Source: Octopus bimaculoides (lineage: Eukaryota). Taken from it: 33,167 bases of DNA. The notes below the pieces were generated by a model, which searched no databases, had not been told where the DNA came from, and saw nothing but the letters and a program-made list of their open reading frames with translations. Where the stretch lies: positions 32,811,422 through 32,844,588 of the forward strand of contig NC_068991.1 in assembly GCF_001194135.2 (NCBI RefSeq), in the 5' to 3' direction. This document shows, piece after piece, positions 21,531-32,227 of this stretch (positions are counted from its first letter, which is position 1; every line of letters begins with the position of its first letter). The translations under genes were made by a program, and so were the position numbers.

Positions 21531-23986
21531 ATTGTTAATATTTCAATTTCTGTTATTATTACTCTTATTACTGTTATTCTTATTATTATCATTATCCGTA
21601 TTCTTGTTATCTGTATCATTATTATCCTTATTATTATTATTACTGCTATTTTGTGTGGCAAGCAGTCATATCTAGGTGTAACAGTACTTCTCCAATATGA
21701 GAAGTAGGATGAGAAAAGGAACTCTAAAAAAAGTGTTGCTTTCAATAAGCTTGGCATTAACTGCAGATGTCTAGCCATCCAGTCTAATGCAGTTACGATA
21801 AAGATAGGAAGAATGCATGCTAATCTTTGGTTGTTGGAATGTAAGAACTTTACAAGACAGCAGAGACAGCCTAGAATGAAAAACAGCACTAATTGTGAAG
21901 GTAATCGGCTCCAATAATGCAGCTCTAAGTGAAACTAGACTTGCAGACACTGGTGCATTAGAAAAAGTTGGAAGTGGCTATACTTTTTGGGGGAGTGGAA
22001 AGCCAGCAGCTGAACCAAGAATTCATGGTGTTGGCTTTGCCATTAAATCAACTCTACTTGCAAATTGCCAGCTGACCCTCAAGCTGTTGATGAGCATCTC
22101 TTGACATTCCATATCCCAATAAGTAAATCCTCATCTATGCACATTATCAGTGCATATGTACCTACTTTATCAGCATGTGAACAGGAACACAACATCCTCT
22201 ATTCCAAACTGCAGATAGTTATCAGTAAAATTCTATACCATGGCAAAATTATACTGATGGACAATTTTAACGCCACAATAGATATGATCAAGAGTATGAT
22301 CAAGAGTAATAGGAAAGCATGGAGTAGGAATGATGAATGAAAGCAGTTTATGACTGCTGTCTTTTTGTCAACAGTTTCGTCTAGCAATCACTAACACTGT
22401 TTCAACAGGCAGATAAATATAAAAACACCTAGAAGTATCCCTGAACTGGTAACTGGCACGTGCTTGACTATGTTATAACTAAGAACAAGGATTGCAGTGA
22501 TTTCAGATTAACCAGAACTCACAAAACTCCTGAGTGTTACTTGGATCACAGAATGGTTTGCAGTAAGGTATTTGTTAAACCATATACAAAGAGGCCACTG
22601 AGATCTAGTATATTTCTGAGAATAAACATCTCTTCCTTAAAGAATTCAGAAATGACAAAAGAATTTTGAAATGCATTTAAATTCAAAGCTTGCAAAAATA
22701 GAGGAAAGCAATGACTTTGAAGTTTTGTGGTACAATATTTGTGACAGTATCAAACCATCTCCTGAAGAAGCTCTAGGATCCATCAAACACAAGCACCAAG
22801 ATTGGTTTGCTAAGAATAATTCTCAAATTAAACCTCTCCAAGAAACTATGCACAAAAGATACAAGGCATGGATCTCAGACAAAATCTCACCAACAGTCAG
22901 ATCTCAATACATCTCTAAGAAAACTACACAGAAAAAACTGTGTGCAATAAAAAATTCTTGGTGGGCAAAAAACCCCTCAAGAAATGGAACAAACAGCTAA
23001 CTCTCACAACTTGAAAGCATTGTATGACAATCTGAAAAGTGTATTTGGTTAAAAAAAGGTGGTACAGAACCTATTCTTTCTAATGATGGAACAAAACTCT
23101 TAAGTAACAAAGATGAAATTCTAAACTGATGAGCTGAACACGTTAAATCTGTATTAAATCAAGAATCTACTACCGATCCTTAAGTAATCAATGAAATCTT
23201 TCCATGACCTATAACTGAGGAACTTGCAGAAGACCCTTCCTTGAATGCTATTAAACAACTTTCCAATGGTAAAGCTCTTGGACAAAATGGTATTCCCATA
23301 GAAGTGTACAAACATGATGGTAGATAACTTGTAAGAAAGCTACACAAATTGATCTGTTTGATGTGGGAAACTGGATTTGTTACCAAACAGTTCAAAGATG
23401 TATCTATAATGCACTTATACAAAAACAAGGAGAAGAAGAGTGCATATGATAATCGCAGGGGAATAAGTTTGTTGTGCATAGCTGGAAAAATTCTTGTGAG
23501 GATGATTCTTAACCACATTAATAAACATGTAATAAACAGCATATATCATGAATCCCATGTGGATTTTGGGCTGGGAAAGGCATAGTTGACATAATTTTTG
23601 CCCCCCGGCAAGTTCAAGGAAAAGCACACGAACAAAATACTGACTTGCACATGGTCTTTGTTGACTTGATCAAGGCCTTTAATACAATGAATCGTGAGGC
23701 ACTCTGGAAAATTTTGTCAAAAGTTGGTCTTCCTGATAAAATGATAAGGGTAATAGCATAAAGGAATGATGGTAACAGTGATATCACTGTCCAAGCCTAT
23801 AAATTCTTTTGGAAAACTTGCCCATTGTTTGTGGGATGAACATAGTGTCAACCTGAAAACTAAAATAAGTGTGTACAAATCTTGTATTTTTAGCATACTA
23901 GTGTCTGGAGTAGAAGCATGGACTACCTACAACAAACATATAAAGAAACTTGAAACTTTTCACATGTGCAGTCTATGCAATATCTG

Positions 23987-24789
23987 TGTAGCAAACTCAT
24001 AAGAGACGGAGAGAGAACATAGGTTCGTTTGCCCGAACAGGAGAAATTGTTAATTTCTCATTGGTTAAAAATTACTGCGCATATACGAATTCTGAACTTT
24101 CATTACAGAAACCTTTCACGAAGTACGGTTCTAGAATTCATGTATGAGCAGTTATAAAAACCCTGATTTTTGGGAAACTCTCCAGTGATCGTTGGATTGT
24201 CACTCAAATCCACGACACTCACTCTTAAGTGATCGTTGGGTTGTCAATCAAATCCACGACACTCACCCTTTTAAGTATTGGCTAATCTTTATGCCATGTT
24301 CAATACTCAAATCCAACAAGATTGAATTGTTGTGAACTCTAGCAGTTAGTTTGAAAGATTAGCTAGTGTGCATTTTAAGTCGTAATTCTCAACGACAAAA
24401 TGACCTTACTTTCCAATTATTCTATAAATGCCAAATGTACATAAACTGATGTAGAAATTTATTTCCTTTTACTTCACGTTCTTTCAACTTGTTAAATTTA
24501 TTTCTGTATTTATGAAACTGTGTATTTTTTTATGTAACGGTCAAAAGAATACGAATCCGTATCTTCAACATACATGCACGTATTAAACGCATGTTCAGCG
24601 TCTTGGTACGTATAATTTATCATAACATTTACACAGGCTGAATTAAAGAGTTATGCATGGTGATGAATACTTATAAGTGACCAGTTTACCATCATACTTT
24701 CTCACTTAAGAAATAATAATATTTGTTATACCATACAATCAAAAACATTAAAAATAAGATACAGTATTTGCTTCCGACCGTCACATAAA
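23987..24789 (+). mobile_element. Insertion into the RTE, solo-LTR-like
   Basis: ATCTG is duplicated at 23982-23986 and 24790-24794. The insert starts TGTAGC and has GTCACA at 24780-24785. It contains ATTGG and TATAAAA near the 5' end and ATTAAA near the 3' end. Confidence 0.55.
24184..24271. repeat. 44-bp tandem duplication (2 copies) inside the insertion
   Basis: AGTGATCGTTGG(A/G)TTGTCA(C/A)TCAAATCCACGACACTCAC at 24184 and 24228. Confidence 0.9.
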
Positions 24790-25316
24790 ATCTGCAACAT
24801 AAAATGGCAAGATAATCTTAGAAAAATGTGAAATCTCTAGTATCCAAAGCATGCTGCTGAGAATTCAGTGCAGGTGGGTATGACATGTTGTTTGAATGAA
24901 AGATGACCGCATTCCAAAAATTCTTTTGTATGGCCAACAAGCAGAGGGATACCACAGTAAACGAAGACCTGTCCTTAGGTATAAGGATAAGTTGAAACAA
25001 TCACTAAAATCTCTACAGCTTAACTTTCTTGGGAAAGTCATTACCTAGATCGATGTACATGGTGTAAAATGAATCATGAGGCATCAAAACAATTTGAGTT
25101 GAAGATAAAAGAATTATATCCTTCAATCAACAGATACATTTGCCCAATCCCAGGCAAAATCAACATCATCAGTATCTCCATTGTGACTTCAGAGCAAAAT
25201 CCATATCTGGACATAAATTACATTCATGCATACATCACCAATAAATGCAACTTCATTTGTTCTTTTCTTTTCATTCCGTTACTTAGTCTGTCAGCAACAC
25301 TTTCATGCGATTAGAG

Positions 25317-25720
25317 CAAAAGAGAGAGAGAGAAAAAGAAAAGAGGGAGAGAGAAAAAGAAAAGAGGGAGAGAGAAAAAGAAAAGAGGGAGAGAGAAGCA
25401 TCTATGATGTAAGGTAGAGGGAATGTAATTGTAACGCTTTCACATGATTAGGAAAAGGGAAGAGAGAGTAAAAGAGGATAAAGCAAAGAGTGAGACAGAA
25501 AGAGGAAGAAAGAAAAAGATGGAGAGAGAAAAGAAGGAGAGAGAAGCATTCATAGCGTATGGTAGAGGGAAATTTAATTGTAACGCTTTCACATGATTAA
25601 TTAAAGGGAAACAGAGGAGATAGAAAAAGAGGATAAAGCAGAGACAGAAAGAGGGAGAAAGAAAAAAGGGAGAGAGAAGCGTCTATGACATGAGGTAGGA
25701 GGAACGTAATATTCATTACA
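25317..25720. repeat. AG-rich nested tandem repeat (about 21-bp and about 140-bp periods)
   Basis: Three copies of GAGAGAGAAAAAGAAAAGAGG, then GAGAGAAGC..GGTAG..GTAA..CATG units near 25390, 25540 and 25670. Confidence 0.8.
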
Positions 25721-26322
25721 TGGTTAACAAAGTTAGTTGGAGGTAGTGATGAGAGTTAATAGTATAATTTTAGGAGGAGAGTTAATAATATAATTTTAGC
25801 AGAAGGGTGGTATTGCAATGGTGAGGTCAGAGAGAGGTGAGAGAGATGATGATGGTGATGGTTGGATAGTGAAAAGTGTATTTTTTAAAAATTGAACTAA
25901 GTTTTTATATCACATATCACTTAACACATGCGTATAAGTGCAATTCCGTGAAATATTCATGCTTATTTAAGTGGCAGATGTATGCAATTTAACTAAAGGT
26001 TGTATCATATGTACGGGATATTTTTTGTTAATGGGGGAAATGGAAAAATAAGAGTGAATATTTATTTTATGAGTGCTCTGTATTAAGTCTATAAAATTGT
26101 GCATAAAGTTTATATATAAAGTGCATTAAGTAATCATCGTATTCCAATTTCTTCCACTTTTCAATGAGTAGCAGATGAGTGATTATCTTTCTATACAGAC
26201 ACAACACAGGCTACACTTTCAGGTTTTTTGGATAAAGTTTTCAGAAATAACCCAATAGGTTTACCATTAATTCAATGAAATATTCACGGGTTCTGCTAAT
26301 TTTTATTATTATTATAATTCTT

Positions 26323-26514
26323 CAAGGTGGAGAGCTGGGAGATTCATTAGTGGCATTTCATTTCTTTATGTTCTGAGTTCAAATTGTGCTGAGGTCAACT
26401 TTACACTTCATCCTTTTGGGGATGATAAATTAAGTACCAGTTGAATACTGGAGTTGATGTAATCAGCTACCCACTCCCAAGAAATTTCAGGGCTTGTATC
26501 TTTAATAGAAAGGA
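26323..26514 (+). mobile_element. tRNA-derived SINE with Deu/Nin-like domain and 18-bp TSD
   Basis: GAGGTCAACTTTACACTTCATCCTTTTGGGGATGATAAATTAAGTACCAG, flanked by ATTATTATTATAATTCTT at 26305-26322 and 26514-26531. Confidence 0.85.
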
Positions 26515-26573
26515 TTATTATTATAATTCTTGTCATTGTTGCTATTTTGGTTTGGCTCAGGTTTGGTCTTATT

Positions 26574-26720
26574 CATCATCATCGCTTAACGTCCGCTTTC
26601 CATGCTAGCATGGGTTGGACTATAGTAGAAGACACTTGCCCAAGGTGCCACACAGTGGGACTAAACACGGAACCATGTGGTTGGTAAGCAAGCTATTTAC
26701 CACACAGCCACTCCTACGCC
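26574..26720 (-). mobile_element. 147-bp chimeric SINE: tRNA/CORE-like head fused to RTE 3' tail
   Basis: Minus strand: the head matches 30292-30393, then TCCAACCCATGCTAGCATGGAAAGCGGACGTTAAGCGATGATGATG. Confidence 0.88.
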
Positions 26721-27639
26721 TATACACACACACACACACACACACATACAGCTACCACATCAATTTTCTGAGTACTGATTGTTTGGAACTTCTTAGAGTC
26801 TGACCACATCTGGTTTGATAAAATCAGTAATCTGGAATAGATTTTGGAACTGGAATTTCTGAAAAATTGATGTTGTACCTCTGTGTGTGTGTGTGTGTGT
26901 GTGTGTCCCGCATATGATTTTAAAGTGCATCTGTTAGTGGGGCTCTAGTTCAAGAGTTTCAGGGTTTGGAGGAGTGTGGAACCACCTCATAGCCACTACT
27001 GTTCCTAGGTCTACTCTGGCCTGATGTAGTGGTACCTGTCTGGGGCCCAGCTCTAGGTTTAATCAGCATATGTTATGACAATTCATCTGAGTGCACAGAT
27101 TGGTGTCAGGGTGTACAGTAGAACCACTGGGACGGCCCCCTAGCTGTTGTCACATCATTTTTGGAAAGGGACACTCTGATGTAAAACCTGCAGTTTCTTG
27201 TAATTTCTGATCATGTTGTTTAATCTTTCACTTAGGCACTAATCACAGAGAGTTTCTGTGCATATTGTACAAGTGTTTATCACTATAATCCAATGATGTA
27301 CAGATGTCTCATTATTGTGACCTCATCTATCATTCCATTTACTGTAAGTCTATGGTGATAGAAGAGTTGTGATGTGTGCAGTTGGAAGCACAGTTACAAA
27401 TCTGCACATAGGCATCAGGAGTCTTATCCTAACATCACTGTTGTGGCTTCCTGTGATGGGGACCAACTCCAGATTTTTGCGATTGAGAAGCCCCTTTTAA
27501 GAAAAGCACTGCTTAACCACATTCCTGGGAAAGTGGTAGAAAAGGTGCATTCAACATTGCCAGTAACATTGACACTGGCTAGTTTCTTGTGACTAATGGT
27601 ACTTTATTCAAGCAGGAACTGGAAAGATGAAAGACGTAA

Positions 27640-28300
27640 TGAAATATTTGCAAACGATTGAAATGAACTTGATATTAGCTGCTGGAACATTAGAATTCTG
27701 CAGGACAAACTTCATCTAATCATCCTGAACAAAGAACAGTACTTGTGACTAAAGAATTTCAAAGACTCCATATAGATATTGCAGTTTTGTCTGAAATATG
27801 TCTCTTTGAAGATGATCAGCTTATTGAAAGTATCATCAGACTACACACTCTTCTGGGTTGCCAAACCAAAAAATGAATGACAAGGAAAAGGTGGTCTTGA
27901 TTTTGCAATCAAAACTACTTTAGTGAGGCATTTAGAATTTCCTTTTAATATCATTAATTGCATAATGAAGTTTTGCTTTCCTCTTTCATGTGGATGTTAT
28001 GTGAGAGTTTTGTCAATTTATGCTCCAACTCTCCAAGCCAATGAAGAAACTATGATGACTTGGCATGAAAATTTCCATCTACACCTGTTGAAAAACTGAT
28101 CATTCTTGGTGATTTCAATGCACAAGTTTTTAGAGACTATGAAACATGGAATGTACTTGACTGCCGTGGCATTGGTAAAGTGAATGCTAATGGTTTGAAG
28201 CTACTTGAACTTTGTTCAGAACTAAACTTAGTGTTCTGCAACATATTCTTTCATCAAAAGTTCAAGTAGTAAGTTACCTGGACTTACCTGAGATCTAAGA
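27640..28300 (+). pseudogene. BovB-like RTE APE endonuclease remnant
   Basis: ISCWNIRILQD, RTVLVTKEFQRLHIDIAVLSE, YTLFW, VLSIYAPTL, LIILGDFNA, NANGLKLLELC and VTW. Confidence 0.85.
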
Positions 28301-28309
28301 ATGTTAGTT

Positions 28310-28460
28310 AGAAGTAATTACAGAGGTGTTAAATTGGTGGACCAGGTCATGAAAGTGACAGAAAGAGTTATCACCCAGTTAATTAGGGGAAGAATCAGAT
28401 GTACCAGGGGGAAGCACTACTGATGCTATCTTTATAGCCAGACAATTGCAGGAGAAGTAT
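28310..28460 (+). pseudogene. Short RT fragment of the PHD-type RTE family
   Basis: SNYRGVKLVDQVMKVTERVITQLIR..STTDAIFIARQLQEKYL, homologous to 2940-3100. Confidence 0.85.
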
Positions 28461-28479
28461 TTATTAATACTACTCCCAC

Positions 28480-28712
28480 CTCATTTGAGAGGTCTTGTCT
28501 TGATAGTTAGTTGGTGACTTCACTGCTGCTGGTGCCATGTAAAAATCACCCAGTACATTCTATAAAGTTGTTGGCATTATGAAAGGCATCCACCCATAGA
28601 AATCATGCCAAAACAGACAACAGAGCATGGTGCAGCCTTCTGTCTCACCAGTTCTATTGAACCATCCAACTCCTGCCAGCATGGAAAACAGATGTTAAAT
28701 GATGATGATGAT
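28480..28712 (+). mobile_element. Old SINE/RTE-tail-type repeat ending in (GAT)n
   Basis: CTGCTGGTGCCATGTAAAAATCACCCAG..CCATCCAACTCCTGCCAGCATGGAAAACAGATGTTAAATGATGATG. Confidence 0.7.
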
Positions 28713-28753
28713 ATTTATGCATGCATGCATGTATTTATGTATGTATTTATCTA

Positions 28754-28784
<31 letters not shown>

Positions 28785-28895
28785 ATATATATCTATCTAT
28801 ATNNNNNNNNNNNNNNNNNNNNNNNNNNNNNNNNNNNNNNNNNNNNNNNNNNNNNNNNNNNNNNNNNNNNNNNNNNNNNNNNNNNNNNNTATATC

Positions 28896-29729
28896 TGCCT
28901 TCGAAACGCAGAGTAGATGGACAGGAACAACTGACGAAGGGAAATATTCTTTATGTTCCATGTCTTGTTTCTAAGTTTTTTTCGTTGTTCGAAAAAAAGT
29001 TTGTTTTCTGTTTTCGTTTCTCATTGTTTAACATATTTTTGTGATTTCCTATACCCATATATGCATGTATGCATACATATAGATGTAGGTATGTACATAT
29101 ATGTATGGATATATGCATATATTTATATATTATTTATATTATTGTTTGATTGAATGCCACGCATCCTTCTCCAAGTAAGTTTTTATCTTAATAATTACTA
29201 TGCGCTCTCTACTACTATTACTATCACTTCCCTGTCTATCTCTCTCCCTCTCTTGTTCTTCATCCTTTCTGTTTTTCTCTCCCACTCTTTCCCTTTTCTT
29301 CTCTCCCTTTCACTGTTCCCTCCCTCCTTCCCTCTCTCTCACTCTTCCTCCTTTTATCCTCTCTTTGCTGACATGTGACGAAAGGATTCTTTCTATCCGC
29401 TGGCTTCCTATAAAGAAGACGAGATTTTCCTGTCTCTTGTCTCTTCTCTCATTCACATCTACTAGCGTTCAAGTCGCGTATTGTCCTTGCCTTTGAAACG
29501 CAGAGTAGATGGACAGGGACAACTGATGAAGGGAAATATTCTTTATGTTGCATGTCTCGTTTCTCTGGGTTTTTTTTTCGTTGTTTGAAAAAAGTTCATT
29601 TTCTATTTTCGTTTCTCATTGTGTTTAACGTTTTTTTATGATGTCCTGTACCCATAATATGCATGTATGTATACATATAGATGTAGGTATGTACATATAT
29701 GTATGGATATATGCACATATTTATATATT
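28896..29729 (+). repeat. Two direct copies of an approximately 240-bp unit (28896-29131 and 29488-29729)
   Basis: Both copies start TGCCTT(C/T)GAAACGCAGAGTAGATGGACAGG and run through ATATTTATATATT, with scattered differences. Confidence 0.9.
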
Positions 29730-29825
29730 TGGAGCCTGGTGTTGCCATCTGGTTTCACCAGTCCTCAGTCAAATCGTCCAACCCATGCTAGCATGGAAAG
29801 CGGACGTTAAACGATGATGATGATT
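29729..29825 (+). mobile_element. Severely 5'-truncated RTE tail
   Basis: TTGGAGCCTGGTG..CAGTCAAATCGTCCAACCCATGCTAGCATGGAAAGCGGACGTTAAACGATGATG. Confidence 0.92.
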
Positions 29826-30291
29826 ATTATGTACTTAGGAATGGACAGACTCTTGGGAGCCCAGCACATCAAGTGCCAAAGTAAATACAAAAGAGGAGAG
29901 GAGAAAAGAAACAAGAATAGAAAAGAAGAGAGTGGAGAACTGGTCATAGTTGTCTCTGTATGAAACTATGGTTTCCTGCCACCAGCTTTAATCTATTGTT
30001 GTCTCTTACCTTGTACAAATAGTAATAACATCTAGTTTCAAAATCTGATACCCACCAACTTCTTTAGGTTTCTGGTAAAGTATTATGATATTTAGGGCAC
30101 TGTTTATGATTACTTAGATTGGATTCCCTAGTAGAGAAGTTACTTGGATATACAAATAGAAGGTATCTTATATTTTTTTGTTATTTAAATAAACAAAATA
30201 AGGAAATAAAAATATAAAACAAAAAATGTAATAAAATAGCATAAAGTAAAACCAATAGAATAAAATAAAATGAAGTTAAATAATAATCATA

Positions 30292-30697
30292 GGTGCAGGA
30301 GTGGCTGTGTGGTAAGTAGCTTGCTTACCAACCACATGGTTCCGGGTTCAGTCCCACTGCGTGACACCTTGGGCAAGTGTCTTCTACTATAGTCTCGGGC
30401 CAACCAAAGCCTTGTGAGTGGATTTGGTAGACGGAAACTGAAAGAAGCCTGTCGTATATATGTATATGTATGTATATATGTATATGTATGTATGTGTGTT
30501 TGTGTGTCTGTGTTTGTCCCCCCACCATCGCTTGACAACCGATGCTGGTGTGTTTATGTCCCCGTAACTTAGCGGTTCGGCAAAAGAGACCGATAGAATA
30601 AGTACTAGGCTTACAAAGTCCTGGGGTCGATTTGCTCGACTAAAGGCGGTGCTCCACCATGGCCGCAGTCAAATGACTGAAACAAGTAAAAGAGTAA
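30292..30697 (+). mobile_element. Full-length tRNA-derived SINE with CORE-like segment and internal microsatellite
   Basis: A-box TGGCTGTGTGG (30302-30312), B-box-like GGTTCAGTCCC (30345-30355), CORE-like ACCTTGGGCAAGTG, a (TA/TG) tract and the tail ATGACTGAAACAAGTAAAAGAGTAA. Confidence 0.9.
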
Positions 30698-30789
30698 TGT
30701 AAAGTAACCAGGATAAGGTACAATGAAGTAAAAAAACATAAGATATCTTGAAGTAAAATGTACAAAAAATGCATAAGCAGGGCGTTCTC

Positions 30790-31850
30790 TGAATTAAGAG
30801 AGGGTATTATACTGGGATGATGTACTGTTTACTACTCAAAATTGCACCAAAAGTAACATGGAAAGGTTTCAGAAAAAACTTACTAAATTATTTAAACAAT
30901 TCAATCTTAGTATCTATAGAAAATTCACACAGTAAAATTAATTTTTTAGTTACTACACTCGGCCTTAGCACTGGACTGCATCATCCATTCCACAAGTCAA
31001 ATGAAAACTTTAAATATGTTAACTGCAACTCAAATCATCCTAAAAGCATTATAAACACTGTCGTAAAGAGGAGTGTCAATTAGACTATCTAAACTCTCTG
31101 CGAATGGAGACATATTTAAAAAGCGTGATATTACGACCTGGCACTAATGGCAGTGGTTTACTGCAGAAAAATTAAATACATCCCAAACAGTGATCTGGTA
31201 AAGAATGCTAAGATTAAAAAGTTCAACAAATTTAACTGGCATTTTACCATAACAATAATTGAAGAAAACATTCCAGAACTAGAACCAAAGGATATAAGAA
31301 GTCTAATAGTAACAAGCATGGTTTTGTCAGGTCAATGGACACTGTAATACTCCCAACAAATGGAAAGTTAGACAAGATAAGCATACATAATAATACATCT
31401 CAGAAAGATAGGAGTTCAAGTTCATTCACGGATAAATATAAACTATCTCCCAAATATAATAGATCTAATTTTAATAACTGGAAGCCAGTGGTAGACAACA
31501 ATAGTGAAGATAGAGACAGCTATAATAATTGAAATAGCACAACTCAGGATGTGAGTGAGCCAACCCATGATGAAATGGAGAAGGGGAATATATTAACTCT
31601 TAGAATAAAAAGGATAAATCTAAACCAGTAGTGTTGTATGATGCTCCCTTCAGGGTTCAAATTGCTACAAATATCTTGGGGAAATTCTTTGTGGCACTTG
31701 AGAAACATTTTCCATCATCAAGCCAATATGCGAGATTATTTAATATGCACTTGGTAAAGTTTGCATACCCCACAACTAAGAATCTGGAACAAGTAATGGC
31801 TTCTCACACCACTGTTAGACACTTAGGCAGTTCTGACTAAAGGATACAAC
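30790..31850 (+). mobile_element. Decayed Penelope-like element: RT C-terminal part and linker
   Basis: VLYWDDV (YxDD-like), INFL..TLGLSTG..HPFHK..YVNCNSNHP, and later LYDAPF..TNILGKFF..EKHFP..RLFN..VKFAY. Confidence 0.75.
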
Positions 31851-31960
31851 AGATCTAAGCAAATAAAGATAATAATGGGCACAGTCAAATGACTGAAACA
31901 AGTAAAAGAGTAAAAAGAGAGTAAAGAGTATATACATATATATATATATATAAATGTCGC

Positions 31961-32227
31961 TAAATGTCGCTAAACCCTAAGGGTGAATGTTACTGTTGCT
32001 TTTAGCCCCAGGAGAACATCTCCTCCAGCTGGCTACTGACACACATATGTGCCCTGTCGGTATTTGCAAAGGGAAGTCATCCTTCCCATCTTGATCACGT
32101 GATATGCACGGACTCGATTTGCAAATACTGACAGGGCACAGATGTGTGTCAATAACCAACTGGAGGAGATGTTCTCCTGGGGTTAAAAGCAACAGTAACA
32201 TTCATCCTTAGGGTTTAGCCGCATTTA
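31961..32227. mobile_element. Hairpin MITE-like element: 110-bp inverted arms and 47-bp spacer
   Basis: 31961-32070 is the reverse complement of 32118-32227, with only a handful of mismatches. Confidence 0.85.

Larger units (their letters stand above)
21810..25250 (+). mobile_element. Old BovB-like RTE LINE (APE, partially deleted RT, C-terminal region, probable C2H2 finger); interrupted
   Basis: FGCWNVRTLQ, AALSETRL, SGYTFWGSGK, MLDYVIT, YLDHRMV, GKALGQNGIP, RGISLLCIAGKIL, KTKISVYKSC. After the insertion come ICNIKWQD, DDRIPKILLYGQ..RYKDKLK and HCDFRAKSISGHKLH. Confidence 0.88.

Noticed and set aside
24184-24271. 44-bp repeat as a possible CRISPR-like array
   Set aside because: There are only two adjacent copies, no spacers, no cas genes, and the context is eukaryotic.
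28896-28945. Type II hammerhead (GAAAC...GTA...CTGACGA)
   Set aside because: The core words are present, but stem I cannot form and stems II and III are out of register.
30292-30365. tRNA gene
   Set aside because: It has A/B-box-like motifs but no convincing cloverleaf, and it continues into a SINE body also seen elsewhere in the window.
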